Shown here piece by piece: positions 1 to 14,900 of a DNA stretch of 64,000 nucleotides. The notes below the pieces were generated by a model. It was not told the DNA's origin, searched no databases, and was given only the letters and a program-made list of their open reading frames with translations. The translations under genes and the position numbers were made by a program. The stretch lies in the NCBI GenBank assembly GCA_032718475.1, contig JAUCBJ010005143.1, positions 37,443 through 101,442 of the forward strand, written 5' to 3'. Source of the DNA: Nemertoderma westbladi (Eukaryota; Animalia; Xenacoelomorpha). How positions within the stretch are numbered: the first letter of the stretch is position 1; each line of letters starts with the position of its first letter.

Positions 1-3000
1 TTTACACAATAACCTGTATTATACACAATAGCCCGTATTATACACAATAACCTGTATTATACACAATAGCCCGTATTATATACAATAACCTGTATTATAC
101 ACAATAACCCGTATTATACACAATAACCCGTATTATACACAATAACCCGTATTACACACAATAACCCGTATTATACACAATAACCGGTATTATATAATAA
201 CCCGTATTTTACACAATAACCCGTATTATACACAATAACCCGTATTATACACAATAACCCGTATTTTACACAATAACCCGTATTTTACACAATAACCTGT
301 ATTATACACAATAGCCCGTATTATATACAATAACCCGTATTATACACAATAACCCGTATTATACACAATAACCCGTATTATATACAATAACCCGTATTAT
401 ACACAATAACCCGTATTATACACAATAACCTGTATTATACACAATAACTCGTATTATATGCAATAACCTGTATTATACACAATAACCCGTATTATATAAT
501 AACCCGTATTTTACACAATAACCCGTATTATACACAATAACCGGTATTATATAATAACCCGTATTTTACACAATAACCCGTATTATACACAATAACCCGT
601 ATTATACACAATAACCCGTATTATACACAATAACCCGTATTATATACAATAACCCGTATTATACACAATAACCCGTATTATACACAATAACCTGTATTAT
701 ACACAATAACTCGTATTATATGCAATAACCTGTATTATACACAATAACCCGTATTATACACAATAACCCGTATTTTACACAATAACCTGTATTATACACA
801 ATAGCCCGTATTATACACAATAACCTGTATTATACACAATAGCCCGTATTATATACAATAACCTGTATTACACACAATAACCCGTATTATACACAATAAC
901 CGGTATTATATAATAACCCGTATTTTACACAATAACCCGTATTATACACAATAACCCGTATTATACACAATAACCCGTATTTTACACAATAACCCGTATT
1001 TTACACAATAACCCGTATTATACACAATAACCCGTATTATACACAATAACCCGTATTTTACACAATAACCCGTATTTTACACAATAACCTGTATTATACA
1101 CAATAGCCCGTATTATATACAATAACCCGTATTATACACAATAACCCGTATTTTACACAATAACCTGTATTATACACAATAGCCCGTATTATATACAATA
1201 ACCTGTATTACACACAATAACCCGTATTATATACAATAACTTGTATTATACACAATAACCCGTATTATACACAATAACCTGTATTATACACAATAACCTG
1301 TATTATACACAATAACCCGTATTATACACAATAACCCATATTATACACAATAACCGGTATTATATAATAACCCGTATTTTACACAATAACCCGTATTATA
1401 CACAATAACCCGTATTATACACAATAACCCGTATTATACACAATAACCCGTATTATACACAATAACCGGTATTATATAATAACCCGTATTTTACACAATA
1501 ACCCGTATTATACACAATAACCCGTATTATACACAATAACCCGTATTACACACAATAACCCGTATTATACACAATAACCGGTATTATATAATAACCCGTA
1601 TTTTACACAATAACCCGTATTAGACACAATAACCCTTATTATACACAATAACCCGTATTATGCACAATAACCCGTATTATACACAATAACCCGTATTATG
1701 CACAATAACCCGTATTATACACAATAACCCGTATTATACACAATATCCCGTATTATACACAATAACCCGTATTATACACAATAACCGGTATTATATAATA
1801 ACCCGTATTTTACACAATAACCCGTATTATACACAATAACCCGTATTATACACAATAACCTGTATTATACACAATAGCCCGTAATATATACAATAACTTG
1901 TATTATACACAATAGCCCGTATTATATACAATAACTTGTATTATACACAATAACCCGTATTATACACAATAACCCGTATTATACACAATAACCCGTATTA
2001 TACACAATAACCCGTATTATACACAATAACCCGTATTATACACAATAACCCGTATTATACACAATAACCCGTATTATACACAATAACCCGTATTATACAC
2101 AATAACCCGTATTATACACAATAACCCGTATTATACACAATAACCCGTATTATACACAATAACCTGTATTATACACAATAGCCCGTATTATATACAATAA
2201 CTTGTATTATACACAATAACCCGTATTATACACAATATCCCGTATTATACACAATAACCCGTATTATACACAATAACCGGTATTATATAATAACCCGTAT
2301 TTTACACAATAACCCGTATTATACACAATAACCCGTATTATACACAATAACCCGTATTATACACAATAACCTGTATTATACACAATAACCCGTATTATAC
2401 ACAATAACCCGTATTCTACACAATAACCCGTATTATACACAATAACCCGTATTCTACACAATAACCTGTATTATACACAAGAACCCGTATTAGACACAAT
2501 AACCCGTATTATACACAATAACACGTATTATACACAATAACCCGTATTATACACAATAACCTGTATTATACACAATAACCCGTATTATACACAATAACCT
2601 GTATTATACACAATAACCCGTATTATACTCAATAACCCGTATTATACACAATAACCCGTATTATACACAATATCCCGTATTATACACAATAACCCGTATT
2701 ATACACAATAACCCGTATTATACTCAATAACCCGTATTATACACAATAACCCGTATTATACACAATAACCTGTATTATACACAATAACTTGTATTATACA
2801 CAATAACCCGTATTATACACAATAACCCGTATTATACACAATAACCCGTATTATACACAATAACCCGTATTCTACACAATAACCCGTATTATACACAATA
2901 ACCCGTATTCTACACAATAACCTGTATTATACACAAGAACCCGTATTAGACACAATAACCCGTATTATACACAATAACACGTATTATACACAATAACCCG

Positions 3001-5144
3001 TATTATACACAATAACCTGTATTATACACAATAACCCGTATTATACACAATAACCTGTATTATACACAATAACCCGTATTATACTCAATAACCCGTATTA
3101 TACACAATAACCCGTATTATACACAATATCCCGTATTATACACAATAACCCGTATTATACACAATAACCCGTATTATACTCAATAACCCGTATTATACAC
3201 AATAACCCGTATTATACACAATAACCTGTATTATACACAATAACCTGTATTATACACAATAACCCGTATTATACACAATAACCCGTATTATACACAATAA
3301 CCCGTATTATACACAATAACCTGTATTATACACAATAACCCGTATTATACACAATAACTTGTATTATACACAATAACCCATATTATACACAATAACCCGT
3401 ATTATACAAAATAACCCATATTATACACAATAACCCGTATTATACACAATAACCCATATTATACACAATAACCCGTATTATACACAATAACCCATATTAT
3501 ACACAATAACCCGTATTATACACAATAACCCGTATTATACACAATAACCCGTATTATACACAATAACCCGTATTATACACAATAACCCGTATTATACACA
3601 ATAACCTGTATTATACACAATAACCCGTATTATACACAATAACCCGTATTATATACAATAACCCGTATTATACACAATAACCCGTATTATATACAATAAC
3701 CCGTATTATAAACAATAACCCGTATTATACACAATATCCCGTATTATACACAATAACCCATATTATACACAATAACCCGTATTATACACAATAACCCATA
3801 TTATACACAATAACCCGTTTTATACACAATAACCCGTATTATACAAAATAACCCGTATTATAAACAATAACCCGTATTATAAACAATAACCGTATTATAC
3901 ACAGTAACCCATATTATACACAATAACCCGTATTATACACAATAACCCGTATTATACACAATAACCCGTATTATACACAATAACCCGTATTATAAACAAT
4001 AAACGTATTATACACAATAACCCGTATTATACACAATACCCCGTATTATACACAATAACCCGTATTATACACAATAACCCGTATTATACACAATAACCCG
4101 TATTATACACAATAACCTGTATTATACACAATAACCCGTATTATACACAATAACCTGTATTATACACAATAACCTGTATTATACACAATAACCCGTATTA
4201 TACACAATAACCTGTATATACACAATAACCCGTATTATAAACAATAACCCGTATTATACACAATAACCCGTATTATACACAATAACCTGTATTATACACA
4301 ATAGCCCGTATTATATACAATAACTTGTATTATACACAATAACCCGTATTATACACAATAACCTGTATTATACACAATAAACCCGTATTATACACAATAA
4401 CCTGTATTATACACAATAACCCGTATTATACACAATAACCCGTATTATAAACAATAAACGTATTATACACAATAACCCGTATTATACACAATACCCCGTA
4501 TTATACACAATAACCCGTATTATACACAATAACCTGTATTATACACAATAACCTGTATTATACACAATAACCCGTATTATACACAATAACCTGTATTATA
4601 CACAATAACCCGTATTATAAACAATAAACGTATTATACACAATAACCCGTATTATACACAATACCCCGTATTATACACAATAACCCGTATTATACACAAT
4701 AACCTGTATTATACACAATAACCTGTATTATACACAATAACCCGTATTATACACAATAACCTGTATATACACAATAACCCGTATTATAAACAATAACCCG
4801 TATTATACACAATAACCCGTATTATACACAATAACCTGTATTATACACAATAGCCCGTATTATATACAATAACTTGTATTATACACAATAACCCGTATTA
4901 TACACAATAACCTGTATTATACACAATAAACCCGTATTATACACAATAACCCGTATTATACACAATAACCCGCATTATACGCAATAACCCGTATTATACA
5001 CAATAACCCGTATTATACACAATAACCCGTATTATACACAATAACCCGTATTATACACAATAACCCGTATTATACACAATAACCTTGATTATACACAATA
5101 CCCCGTATTATACAGAATAACCCGTATTATACAGAATAACCCGT
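1..5144. repeat. 19-bp tandem array, consensus AATAACCCGTATTATACAC, about 270 copies in the window, running off the left edge; presumably inside an upstream VMAT intron
   Basis: 19-bp period read directly. Variants include cctgt, cccat, tagcc and a 17-bp deletion unit. A 456-bp (24-unit) block duplication is marked by the same variant at 2481 and 2937. Confidence 0.98.
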
Positions 5145-5306
5145 CTAATAAAAAATCAACCCAGAGAGAGAGGGAGGTTTCTCCAGATATATTTCAGAAT
5201 TTTCCTTTATTTTTTTACAATCTTTTGTCTCCATCTATATTTCACTAGGATGTATTTCACCCAAGGTTCAGTTATTTTATGTATATCTCAACAATGACAG
5301 ATAATT

Positions 5307-5524
5307 TTCACGTTGACGTTGTGGTTGCATTGAATTCACATCTCTCGGAGGTCGTGGGTTCGATCCCCGCACGGGGTCTAGGGCTAGCCAGTTTAAGTGA
5401 CTAGCCAGGGTGCATCCTTGCAACTAGCCCTGCAACTTTAAATGGTAGCTAAATGAGTACTGGAATTTCCTCTACAGAATACATGGTGGTCTTGTGGCTG
5501 GTCCAATATCGATAGAGGCTTTTT
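5307..5524 (+). mobile_element. tRNA-derived SINE, family 1 (tRNA-Val-like head), degenerate
   Basis: B-box GGTTCGATCC at 5357-5366 and a degenerate A-box at about 5314-5324. The head (gtggttgcattgaattcacatctc...ggtcgtgggttcgatcc) and body (ggtagctaaatgagtactgga...ttcctct) match a second copy on the - strand at 60125-60358. Ends are approximate. Confidence 0.8.
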
Positions 5525-5664
5525 TAAACGCTTGTAACACATTGTATTGCTTAACGGTTGTAACACATTGTATTGCTTAACGGTTGTAACACATTGTATT
5601 GCTTAACGGTTGTAACGCATTGTATTGCTTAACGGTTGTAACACATTGTATTGCTTAACGGTTG
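5525..5664. repeat. 26-bp minisatellite TTAACGGTTGTAACACATTGTATTGC, about 5.4 copies, just upstream of a splice acceptor
   Basis: 26-bp period read directly; the array ends 17 nt before the AG at 5682-5683. Confidence 0.95.
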
Positions 5665-5683
5665 GTTTTATTGACTGTTTTAG

Positions 5684-5799
5684 TATCCGTTCGCGGAAAC
5701 AATCAACCTGCTGATTTTGCCGGGTCTCGGTCTTGGATTCGCTATAGGAATGGTGGACGCCTCCATGATGCCGACGATGGGGTACCTCGTGGATCTACG
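5684..5799 (+). CDS. SLC18A2: Internal coding exon of a vesicular monoamine transporter (VMAT, SLC18A1/SLC18A2 homologue), TM10 region: [38 protein letters not shown](R)
   Basis: Manual translation (not in the ORF track) matches VMAT2 [39 protein letters not shown]. Acceptor ttttag ends at 5683 and donor gtacgt starts at 5800. Length 116 nt, phase 0 to phase 2. The symbol marks family membership, not one-to-one orthology. Confidence 0.93.
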
Positions 5800-5991
5800 G
5801 TACGTCTGCGCATGCGCACTTTATGCTACATTTATAGGACTTGTTATTTTACAACTAGTTTGATTTCCATATGATTCAAGTGTATCTTACATGTGCGGTG
5901 CACTTAATCTCCCTAAGCTCGTTCATATCCGTCGCGATGGGTGGGAGTCTTTATTGCGACGTGTAAACTCGTCTCATAACAGTATTGTACA

Positions 5992-8900
5992 GACCGTAGC
6001 TCAGGTGACCTTCCCGTTGCCTTGCCGTCTCGTTGGTCCCTGTTCTCTGGACCGTAGCTCAGGTGACCTTCCCGTTGCCTTGCCGTCTCGTTGGTCCCTG
6101 TTCTCTGGACCGTAGCTCAGGTGACCTTCCCGTTGCCTTACCGTCTCGTTGGTCCCTGTCCTCTGGACCGTAGCTCAGGTGACCTTCCCGTTGCCTTGCC
6201 GTCTCGTTGGTCCCTGTTCTCTGGACCGTAGCTCAGGTGACCTTCCCGTTGCCTTGCCGTCTCGTTGGTCCCTGTTCTCTGGACCGTAGCTCAGGTGACC
6301 TTCCCGTTGCCTTGTCGTCTCGTTGGTCCCTGTCCTCTGGACCGTAGCTCAGGTGACCTTCCCGTTGCCTTACCGTCTCGTTGGTCCCTGTTCTCTGGAC
6401 CGTAGCTCAGGTGACCTTCCCATTGCCTTGCCGTCTCGTTGGTCCCTGTTCTCTGGACCGTAGCTCAGGTGACCTTCCCGTTGCCTTACCGTCTCGTTGG
6501 TCCCTGTTCTCTGGACCGTAGCTCAGGTGACCTTCCCGTTGCCTTGCCGTCTCGTTGGTCCCTGTTCTCTGGACCGTAGCTCAGGTGACCTTCCCGTTGC
6601 CTTACCGTCTCGTTGGTCCCTGTCCTCTGGACCGTAGCTCAGGTGACCTTCCCGTTGCCTTGCCGTCTCGTTGGTCCCTGTTCTCTGGACCGTAGCTCAG
6701 GTGACCTTCCCGTTGCCTTGCCGTCTCGTTGGTCCCTGTTCTCTGGACCGTAGCTCAGGTGACCTTCCCGTTGCCTTGTCGTCTCGTTGGTCCCTGTCCT
6801 CTGGACCGTAGCTCAGGTGACCTTCCCGTTGCCTTACCGTCTCGTTGGTCCCTGTTCTCTGGACCGTAGCTCAGGTGACCTTCCCGTTGCCTTGCCGTCT
6901 CGTTGGTCCCTGTTCTCTGGACCGTAGCTCAGGTGACCTTCCCGTTGCCTTGCCGTCTCGTTGGTCCCTGTTCTCTGGACCGTAGCTCAGGTGACCTTCC
7001 CGTTGCCTTGTCGTCTCGTTGGTCCCTGTCCTCTGGACCGTAGCTCAGGTGACCTTCCCGTTGCCTTACCGTCTCGTTGGTCCCTGTTCTCTGGACCGTA
7101 GCTCAGGTGACCTTCCCATTGCCTTGCCGTCTCGTTGGTCCCTGTTCTCTGGACCGTAGCTCAGGTGACCTTCCCGTTGCCTTACCGTCTCGTTGGTCCC
7201 TGTTCTCTGGACCGTAGCTCAGGTGACCTTCCCGTTGCCTTGCCGTCTCGTTGGTCCCTGTTCTCTGGACCGTAGCTCAGGTGACCTTCCCGTTGCCTTA
7301 CCGTCTCGTTGGTCCCTGTCCTCTGGACCGTAGCTCAGGTGACCTTCCCGTTGCCTTGCCGTCTCGTTGGTCCCTGTTCTCTGGACCGTAGCTCAGGTGA
7401 CCTTCCCGTTGCCTTGCCGTCTCGTTGGTCCCTGTTCTCTGGACCGTAGCTCAGGTGACCTTCCCGTTGCCTTGTCGTCTCGTTGGTCCCTGTCCTCTGG
7501 ACCGTAGCTCAGGTGACCTTCCCGTTGCCTTACCGTCTCGTTGGTCCCTGTTCTCTGGACCGTAGCTCAGGTGACCTTCCCATTGCCTTGCCGTCTCGTT
7601 GGTCCCTGTTCTCTGGACCGTAGCTCAGGTGACCTTCCCGTTGCCTTACCGTCTCGTTGGTCCCTGTTCTCTGGACCGTAGCTCAGGTGACCTTCCCGTT
7701 GCCTTACCGTCTCGTTGGTCCCTGTTCTCTGGACCGTAGCTCAGGTGACCTTCCCGTTGCCTTGCCGTCTCGTTGGTCCCTGTTCTCTGGACCGTAGCTC
7801 AGGTGACCTTCCCATTGCCTTGCCGTCTCGTTGGTCCCTGTTCTCTGGACCGTAGCTCAGGTGACCTTCCCGTTGCCTTACCGTCTCGTTGGTCCCTGTT
7901 CTCTGGACCGTAGCTCAGGTGACCTTCCCGTTGCCTTACCGTCTCGTTGGTCCCTGTTCTCTGGACCGTAGCTCAGGTGACCTTCCCGTTGCCTTACCGT
8001 CTCGTTGGTCCCTGTTCTCTGGACCGTAGCTCAGGTGACCTTCCCGTTGCCTTGCCGTCTCGTTGGTCCCTGTTCTCTGGACCGTAGCTCAGGTGACCTT
8101 CCCGTTGCCTTACCGTCTCGTTGGTCCCTGTTCTCTGGACCGTAGCTCAGGTGACCTTCCCGTTGCCTTACCGTCTCGTTGGTCCCTGTTCTCTGGACCG
8201 TAGCTCAGGTGACCTTCCCGTTGCCTTACCGTCTCGTTGGTCCCTGTCCTCTGGACCGTAGCTCAGGTGACCTTCCCGTTGCCTTGCCGTCGCGTTGGTC
8301 CCTGTTCTCTGGACCGTAGCTCAGGTGACCTTCCCGTTGCCTTGCCGTCGCGTTGGTCCCTGTTCTCTGGACCGTAGCTCAGGTGACCTTCCCGTTGCCT
8401 TACCGTCTCGTTGGTCCCTGTTCTCTGGACCGTAGCTCAGGTGACCTTCCCATTGCCTTGCCGTCTCGTTGGTCCCTGTCCTCTGGACCGTAGCTCAGGT
8501 GACCTTCCCGTTGCCTTACCGTCTCGTTGGTCCTTGTTCTCTGGACCGTAGCTCAGGTGACCTTCCCGTTGCCTTACCGTCTCGTTGGTCCTTGTTCTCT
8601 GGACCGTAGCTCAGGTGACCTTCCCGTTGCCTTGCCGTCTCGTTGGTCCCTGTTTTCTGGACCGTAGCTCTGGTGACCTTCCCGTTGCCTTGCCGTCTCG
8701 TTGGTCGCTGTTCTCTGGACCGTAGCTCAGGTGACCTTCCCGTTGCCTTGCCGTCTCGTTGGTCCCTGTTCTCTGGACCGTAGCTCTGGTGACCTTCCCG
8801 TTGCCTTGCCGTCTCGTTGGTCGCTGTTCTCTGGACCGTAGCTCAGGTGACCTTCCCGTTGCCTTGCCGTCTCGTTGGTCCCTGTTCTCTGGACCGTAGC

Positions 8901-11900
8901 TCAGGTGACCTTCCCGTTGCCTTACCGTCTCGTTGGTCCCTGTCCTCTGGACCGTAGCTCAGGTGACCTTCCCGTTGCCTTACCGTCTCGTTGGTCCCTG
9001 TTCTCTGGACCGTAGCTCAGGTGACCTTCCCGTTGCCTTGCCGTCTCGTTGGTCCCTGTTTTCTGGACCGTAGCTCTGGTGACCTTCCCGTTGCCTTGCC
9101 GTCTCGTTGGTCGCTGTTCTCTGGACCGTAGCTCAGGTGACCTTCCCGTTGCCTTGCCGTCTCGTTGGTCCCTGTTCTCTGGACCGTAGCTCAGGTGACC
9201 TTCCCGTTGCCTTGCCGTCTCGTTGGTCGCTGTTCTCTGGACCGTAGCTCAGGTGACCTTCCCGTTGCCTTGCCGTCTCGTTGGTCCCTGTTCTCTGGAC
9301 CGTAGCTCAGGTGACCTTCCCGTTGCCTTACCGTCTCGTTGGTCCCTGTTCTCTGGACCGTAGCTCAGGTGACCTTCCCGTTGCCTTGCCGTCTCGTTGG
9401 TCCCTGTCCTCTGGACCGTAGCTCAGGTGACCTTCCCGTTGCCTTACCGTCTCGTTGGTCCCTGTTCTCTGGACCGTAGCTCAGGTGACCTTCCCGTTGC
9501 CTTGCCGTCTCGTTGGTCCCTGTTCTCTGGACCGTAGCTCTGGTGACCTTCCCGTTGCCTTGCCGTCTCGTTGGTCGCTGTTCTCTGGACCGTAGCTCTG
9601 GTGACCTTCCCGTTGCCTTGCCGTCTCGTTGGTCGCTGTTCTCTGGACCGTAGCTCAGGTGACCTTCCCGTTGCCTTGCCGTCTCGTTGGTCCTTGTTCT
9701 CTGGACCGTAGCTCAGGTGACCTTCCCGTTGCCTTGCCGTCTCGTTGGTCCCTGTTCTCTGGACCGTAGCTCTGGTGACCTTCCCGTTGCCTTGCCGTCT
9801 CGTTGGTCGCTGTTCTCTGGACCGTAGCTCAGGTGACCTTCCCGTTGCCTTACCGTCTCGTTGGTCCCTGTTCTCTGGACCGTAGCTCAGGTGACCTTCC
9901 CGTTGCCTTGCCGTCTCGTTGGTCCCTGTTCTCTGGACCGTAGCTCAGGTGACCTTCCCGTTGCCTTACCGTCTCGTTGGTCCCTGTTCTCTGGACCGTA
10001 GCTCAGGTGACCTTCCCGTTGCCTTGCCGTCTCGTTGGTCCCTGTTCTCTGGACCGTAGCTCAGGTGACCTTCCCGTTGCCTTGCCGTCTCGTTGGTCCC
10101 TGTCCTCTGGACCGTAGCTCAGGTGACCTTCCCGTTGCCTTACCGTCTCGTTGGTCCCTGTTCTCTGGACCGTAGCTCAGGTGACCTTCCCGTTGCCTTG
10201 CCGTCTCGTTGGTCCCTGTTTTCTGGACCGTAGCTCTGGTGACCTTCCCGTTGCCTTGCCGTCTCGTTGGTCGCTGTTCTCTGGACCGTAGCTCAGGTGA
10301 CCTTCCCGTTGCCTTGCCGTCTCGTTGGTCCTTGTTCTCTGGACCGTAGCTCAGGTGACCTTCCCGTTGCCTTACCGTCTCGTTGGTCCCTGTCCTCTGG
10401 ACCGTAGCTCAGGTGACCTTCCCGTTGCCTTACCATCTTGTTGGTCCCTGTTCTCTGGACCGTAGCTCTGGTGACCTTCCCGTTGCCTTGCCGTCTCGTT
10501 GGTCCCTGTTCTCTGGACCGTAGCTCTGGTGACCTTCCCGTTGCCTTGCCGTCTCGTTGGTCGCTGTTCTCTGGACCGTAGCTCTGGTGACCTTCCCGTT
10601 GCCTTGCCGTCTCGTTGGTCGCTGTTCTCTGGACCGTAGCTCTGGTGACCTTCCCGTTGCCTTGCCGTCTCGTTGGTCCCTGTTCTCTGGACCGTAGCTC
10701 AGGTGACCTTCCCGTTGCCTTGCCGTCTCGTTGGTCCCTGTTCTCTGGACCATAGCTCAGGTGACCTTCCCGTTGCCTTACCGTCTCGTTGGTCCCTGTC
10801 CTCTGGACCGTAGCTCAGGTGACCTTCCCGTTGCCTTACCATCTCGTTGGTCCCTGTCCTCTGGACCGTAGCTCAGGTGACCTTCCCGTTGCCTTACCAT
10901 CTTGTTGGTCCCTGTTCTCTGGACCGTAGCTCAGGTGACCTTCCCGTTGCCTTACCGTCTCGTTGGTCGCTGTTCTCTGGACCGTAGCTCAGGTGACCTT
11001 CCCGTTGCCTTGCCATCTCGTTGGTCCCTGTTCTCTGGACCGTAGCTCAGGTGACCTTCCCGTTGCCTTACCGTCTCGTTGGTCGCTGTTCTCTGGACCG
11101 TAGCTCAGGTGACCTTCCCGTTGCCTTGCCGTCTCGTTGGTCCCTGTCCTCTGGACCGTAGCTCAGGTGACCTTCCCGTTGCCTTGCCATCTCGTTGGTC
11201 CCTGTTCTCTGGACCGTAGCTCAGGTGACCTTCCCGTTGCCTTGCCATCTCGTTGGTCCCTGTTCTCTGGACCGTAGCTCAGGTGACCTTCCCGTTGCCT
11301 TACCGTCTCGTTGGTCCCTGTTCTCTGGACCGTAGCTCAGGTGACCTTCCCGTTGCCTTACCGTCTCGTTGGTCGCTGTTCTCTGGACCGTAGCTCAGGT
11401 GACCTTCCCGTTGCCTTGCCATCTCGTTGGTCCCTGTTCTCTGGACCGTAGCTCAGGTGACCTTCCCGTTGCCTTACCGTCTCGTTGGTCCCTGTTCTCT
11501 GGACCGTAGCTCAGGTGACCTTCCCGTTGCCTTACCGTCTCGTTGGTCGCTGTTCTCTGGACCGTAGCTCAGGTGACCTTCCCGTTGCCTTGCCATCTCG
11601 TTGGTCCCTGTTCTCTGGACCGTAGCTCAGGTGACCTTCCCGTTGCCTTACCGTCTCGTTGGTCCCTGTCCTCTGGACCGTAGCTCAGGTGACCTTCCCA
11701 TTGCCTTACCATCTTGTTGGTCCCTGTTCTCTGGACCGTAGCTCAGGTGACCTTCCCGTTGCCTTGCCATCTCGTTGGTCCCTGTTCTCTGGACCGTAGC
11801 TCAGGTGACCTTCCCGTTGCCTTACCGTCTCGTTGGTCCCTGTCCTCTGGACCGTAGCTCAGGTGACCTTCCCATTGCCTTACCATCTTGTTGGTCCCTG

Positions 11901-14900
11901 TTCTCTGGACCGTAGCTCTGGTGACCTTCCCGTTGCCTTGCCGTCTCGTTGGTCCCTGTTCTCTGGACCGTAGCTCTGGTGACCTTCCCGTTGCCTTGCC
12001 GTCTCGTTGGTCGCTGTTCTCTGGACCGTAGCTCTGGTGACCTTCCCGTTGCCTTGCCGTCTCGTTGGTCGCTGTTCTCTGGACCGTAGCTCTGGTGACC
12101 TTCCCGTTGCCTTGCCGTCTCGTTGGTCCCTGTTCTCTGGACCGTAGCTCAGGTGACCTTCCCGTTGCCTTGCCGTCTCGTTGGTCCCTGTTCTCTGGAC
12201 CATAGCTCAGGTGACCTTCCCGTTGCCTTACCGTCTCGTTGGTCCCTGTCCTCTGGACCGTAGCTCAGGTGACCTTCCCGTTGCCTTACCATCTCGTTGG
12301 TCCCTGTCCTCTGGACCGTAGCTCAGGTGACCTTCCCGTTGCCTTACCATCTTGTTGGTCCCTGTTCTCTGGACCGTAGCTCAGGTGACCTTCCCGTTGC
12401 CTTACCGTCTCGTTGGTCGCTGTTCTCTGGACCGTAGCTCAGGTGACCTTCCCGTTGCCTTGCCATCTCGTTGGTCCCTGTTCTCTGGACCGTAGCTCAG
12501 GTGACCTTCCCGTTGCCTTACCGTCTCGTTGGTCGCTGTTCTCTGGACCGTAGCTCAGGTGACCTTCCCGTTGCCTTGCCGTCTCGTTGGTCCCTGTCCT
12601 CTGGACCGTAGCTCAGGTGACCTTCCCGTTGCCTTGCCATCTCGTTGGTCCCTGTTCTCTGGACCGTAGCTCAGGTGACCTTCCCGTTGCCTTGCCATCT
12701 CGTTGGTCCCTGTTCTCTGGACCGTAGCTCAGGTGACCTTCCCGTTGCCTTACCGTCTCGTTGGTCCCTGTTCTCTGGACCGTAGCTCAGGTGACCTTCC
12801 CGTTGCCTTACCGTCTCGTTGGTCGCTGTTCTCTGGACCGTAGCTCAGGTGACCTTCCCGTTGCCTTGCCATCTCGTTGGTCCCTGTTCTCTGGACCGTA
12901 GCTCAGGTGACCTTCCCGTTGCCTTACCGTCTCGTTGGTCCCTGTTCTCTGGACCGTAGCTCAGGTGACCTTCCCGTTGCCTTACCGTCTCGTTGGTCGC
13001 TGTTCTCTGGACCGTAGCTCAGGTGACCTTCCCGTTGCCTTGCCATCTCGTTGGTCCCTGTTCTCTGGACCGTAGCTCAGGTGACCTTCCCGTTGCCTTA
13101 CCGTCTCGTTGGTCCCTGTCCTCTGGACCGTAGCTCAGGTGACCTTCCCATTGCCTTACCATCTTGTTGGTCCCTGTTCTCTGGACCGTAGCTCAGGTGA
13201 CCTTCCCGTTGCCTTGCCATCTCGTTGGTCCCTGTTTTCTGGACCGTAGCTCTGGTGACCTTCCCGTTGCCTTGCCGTCTCGTTGGTCGCTGTTCTCTGG
13301 ACCGTAGCTCAGGTGACCTTCCCGTTGCCTTGCCGTCTCGTTGGTCCCTGTTTTCTGGACCGTAGCTCTGGTGACCTTCCCGTTGCCTTGCCGTCTCGTT
13401 GGTCCCTGTTCTCTGGACCGTAGCTCAGGTGACCTTCCCGTTGCCTTACCATCTTGTTGGTCCCTGTTCTCTGGACCGTAGCTCAGGTGACCTTCCCGTT
13501 GCCTTGCCGTCTCGTTGGTCCCTGTCCTCTGGACCGTAGCTCTGGTGACCTTCCCGTTGCCTTGCCGTCTCGTTGGTCCCTGTTCTCTGGACCGTAGCTC
13601 AGGTGACCTTCCCGTTGCCTTGCCATCTCGTTGGTCCCTGTTCTCTGGACCGTAGCTCAGGTGACCTTCCCGTTGCCTTACCGTCTCGTTGGTCCCTGTT
13701 CTCTGGACCGTAGCTCAGGTGACCTTCCCGTTGCCTTACCGTCTCGTTGGTCGCTGTTCTCTGGACCGTAGCTCAGGTGACCTTCCCATTGCCTTACCAT
13801 CTTGTTGGTCCCTGTTCTCTGGACCGTAGCTCAGGTGACCTTCCCGTTGCCTTGCCGTCTCGTTGGTCCCTGTTTTCTGGACCGTAGCTCTGGTGACCTT
13901 CCCGTTGCCTTGCCGTCTCGTTGGTCGCTGTTCTCTGGACCGTAGCTCAGGTGACCTTCCCGTTGCCTTGCCGTCTCGTTGGTCCCTGTTTTCTGGACCG
14001 TAGCTCTGGTGACCTTCCCGTTGCCTTGCCGTCTCGTTGGTCCCTGTTCTCTGGACCGTAGCTCAGGTGACCTTCCCGTTGCCTTACCATCTTGTTGGTC
14101 CCTGTTCTCTGGACCGTAGCTCAGGTGACCTTCCCGTTGCCTTGCCGTCTCGTTGGTCCCTGTCCTCTGGACCGTAGCTCTGGTGACCTTCCCGTTGCCT
14201 TGCCGTCTCGTTGGTCCCTGTTCTCTGGACCGTAGCTCAGGTGACCTTCCCGTTGCCTTACCATCTTGTTGGTCCCTGTTCTCTGGACCGTAGCTCAGGT
14301 GACCTTCCCGTTGCCTTGCCGTCTCGTTGGTCCCTGTTCTCTGGACCGTAGCTCAGGTGACCTTCCCGTTGCCTTACCATCTTGTTGGTCCCTGTTCTCT
14401 GGACCGTAGCTCAGGTGACCTTCCCGTTGCCTTACCATCTTGTTGGTCCCTGTTCTCTGGACCGTAGCTCAGGTGACCTTCCCGTTGCCTTACCGTCTCG
14501 TTGGTCCCTGTTCTCTGGACCGTAGCTCAGGTGACCTTCCCGTTGCCTTACCGTCTCGTTGGTCGCTGTTCTCTGGACCGTAGCTCAGGTGACCTTCCCA
14601 TTGCCTTACCATCTTGTTGGTCCCTGTTCTCTGGACCGTAGCTCAGGTGACCTTCCCGTTGCCTTGCCGTCTCGTTGGTCCCTGTTTTCTGGACCGTAGC
14701 TCTGGTGACCTTCCCGTTGCCTTGCCGTCTCGTTGGTCGCTGTTCTCTGGACCGTAGCTCAGGTGACCTTCCCGTTGCCTTGCCGTCTCGTTGGTCCCTG
14801 TTTTCTGGACCGTAGCTCTGGTGACCTTCCCGTTGCCTTGCCGTCTCGTTGGTCCCTGTTCTCTGGACCGTAGCTCAGGTGACCTTCCCGTTGCCTTACC

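Noticed and set aside
1-5144. 19-bp array as a telomere, and TAGGGTTA variants in the 34-mer as telomeric insertions
   Set aside because: The 19-mer lies upstream of an internal exon and is not a TTAGGG-type repeat. The gggtta insertion is explained by slippage duplication of cggtta.
5307-5380. Functional tRNA genes here, at 39680-39751 and at 60290-60358
   Set aside because: A/B boxes are present but the acceptor and anticodon stems do not pair, and non-tRNA bodies follow, so these are SINE heads.
5662-5874. 70-aa ORF in the track
   Set aside because: It is an out-of-frame overlap of the real VMAT exon (5684-5799).
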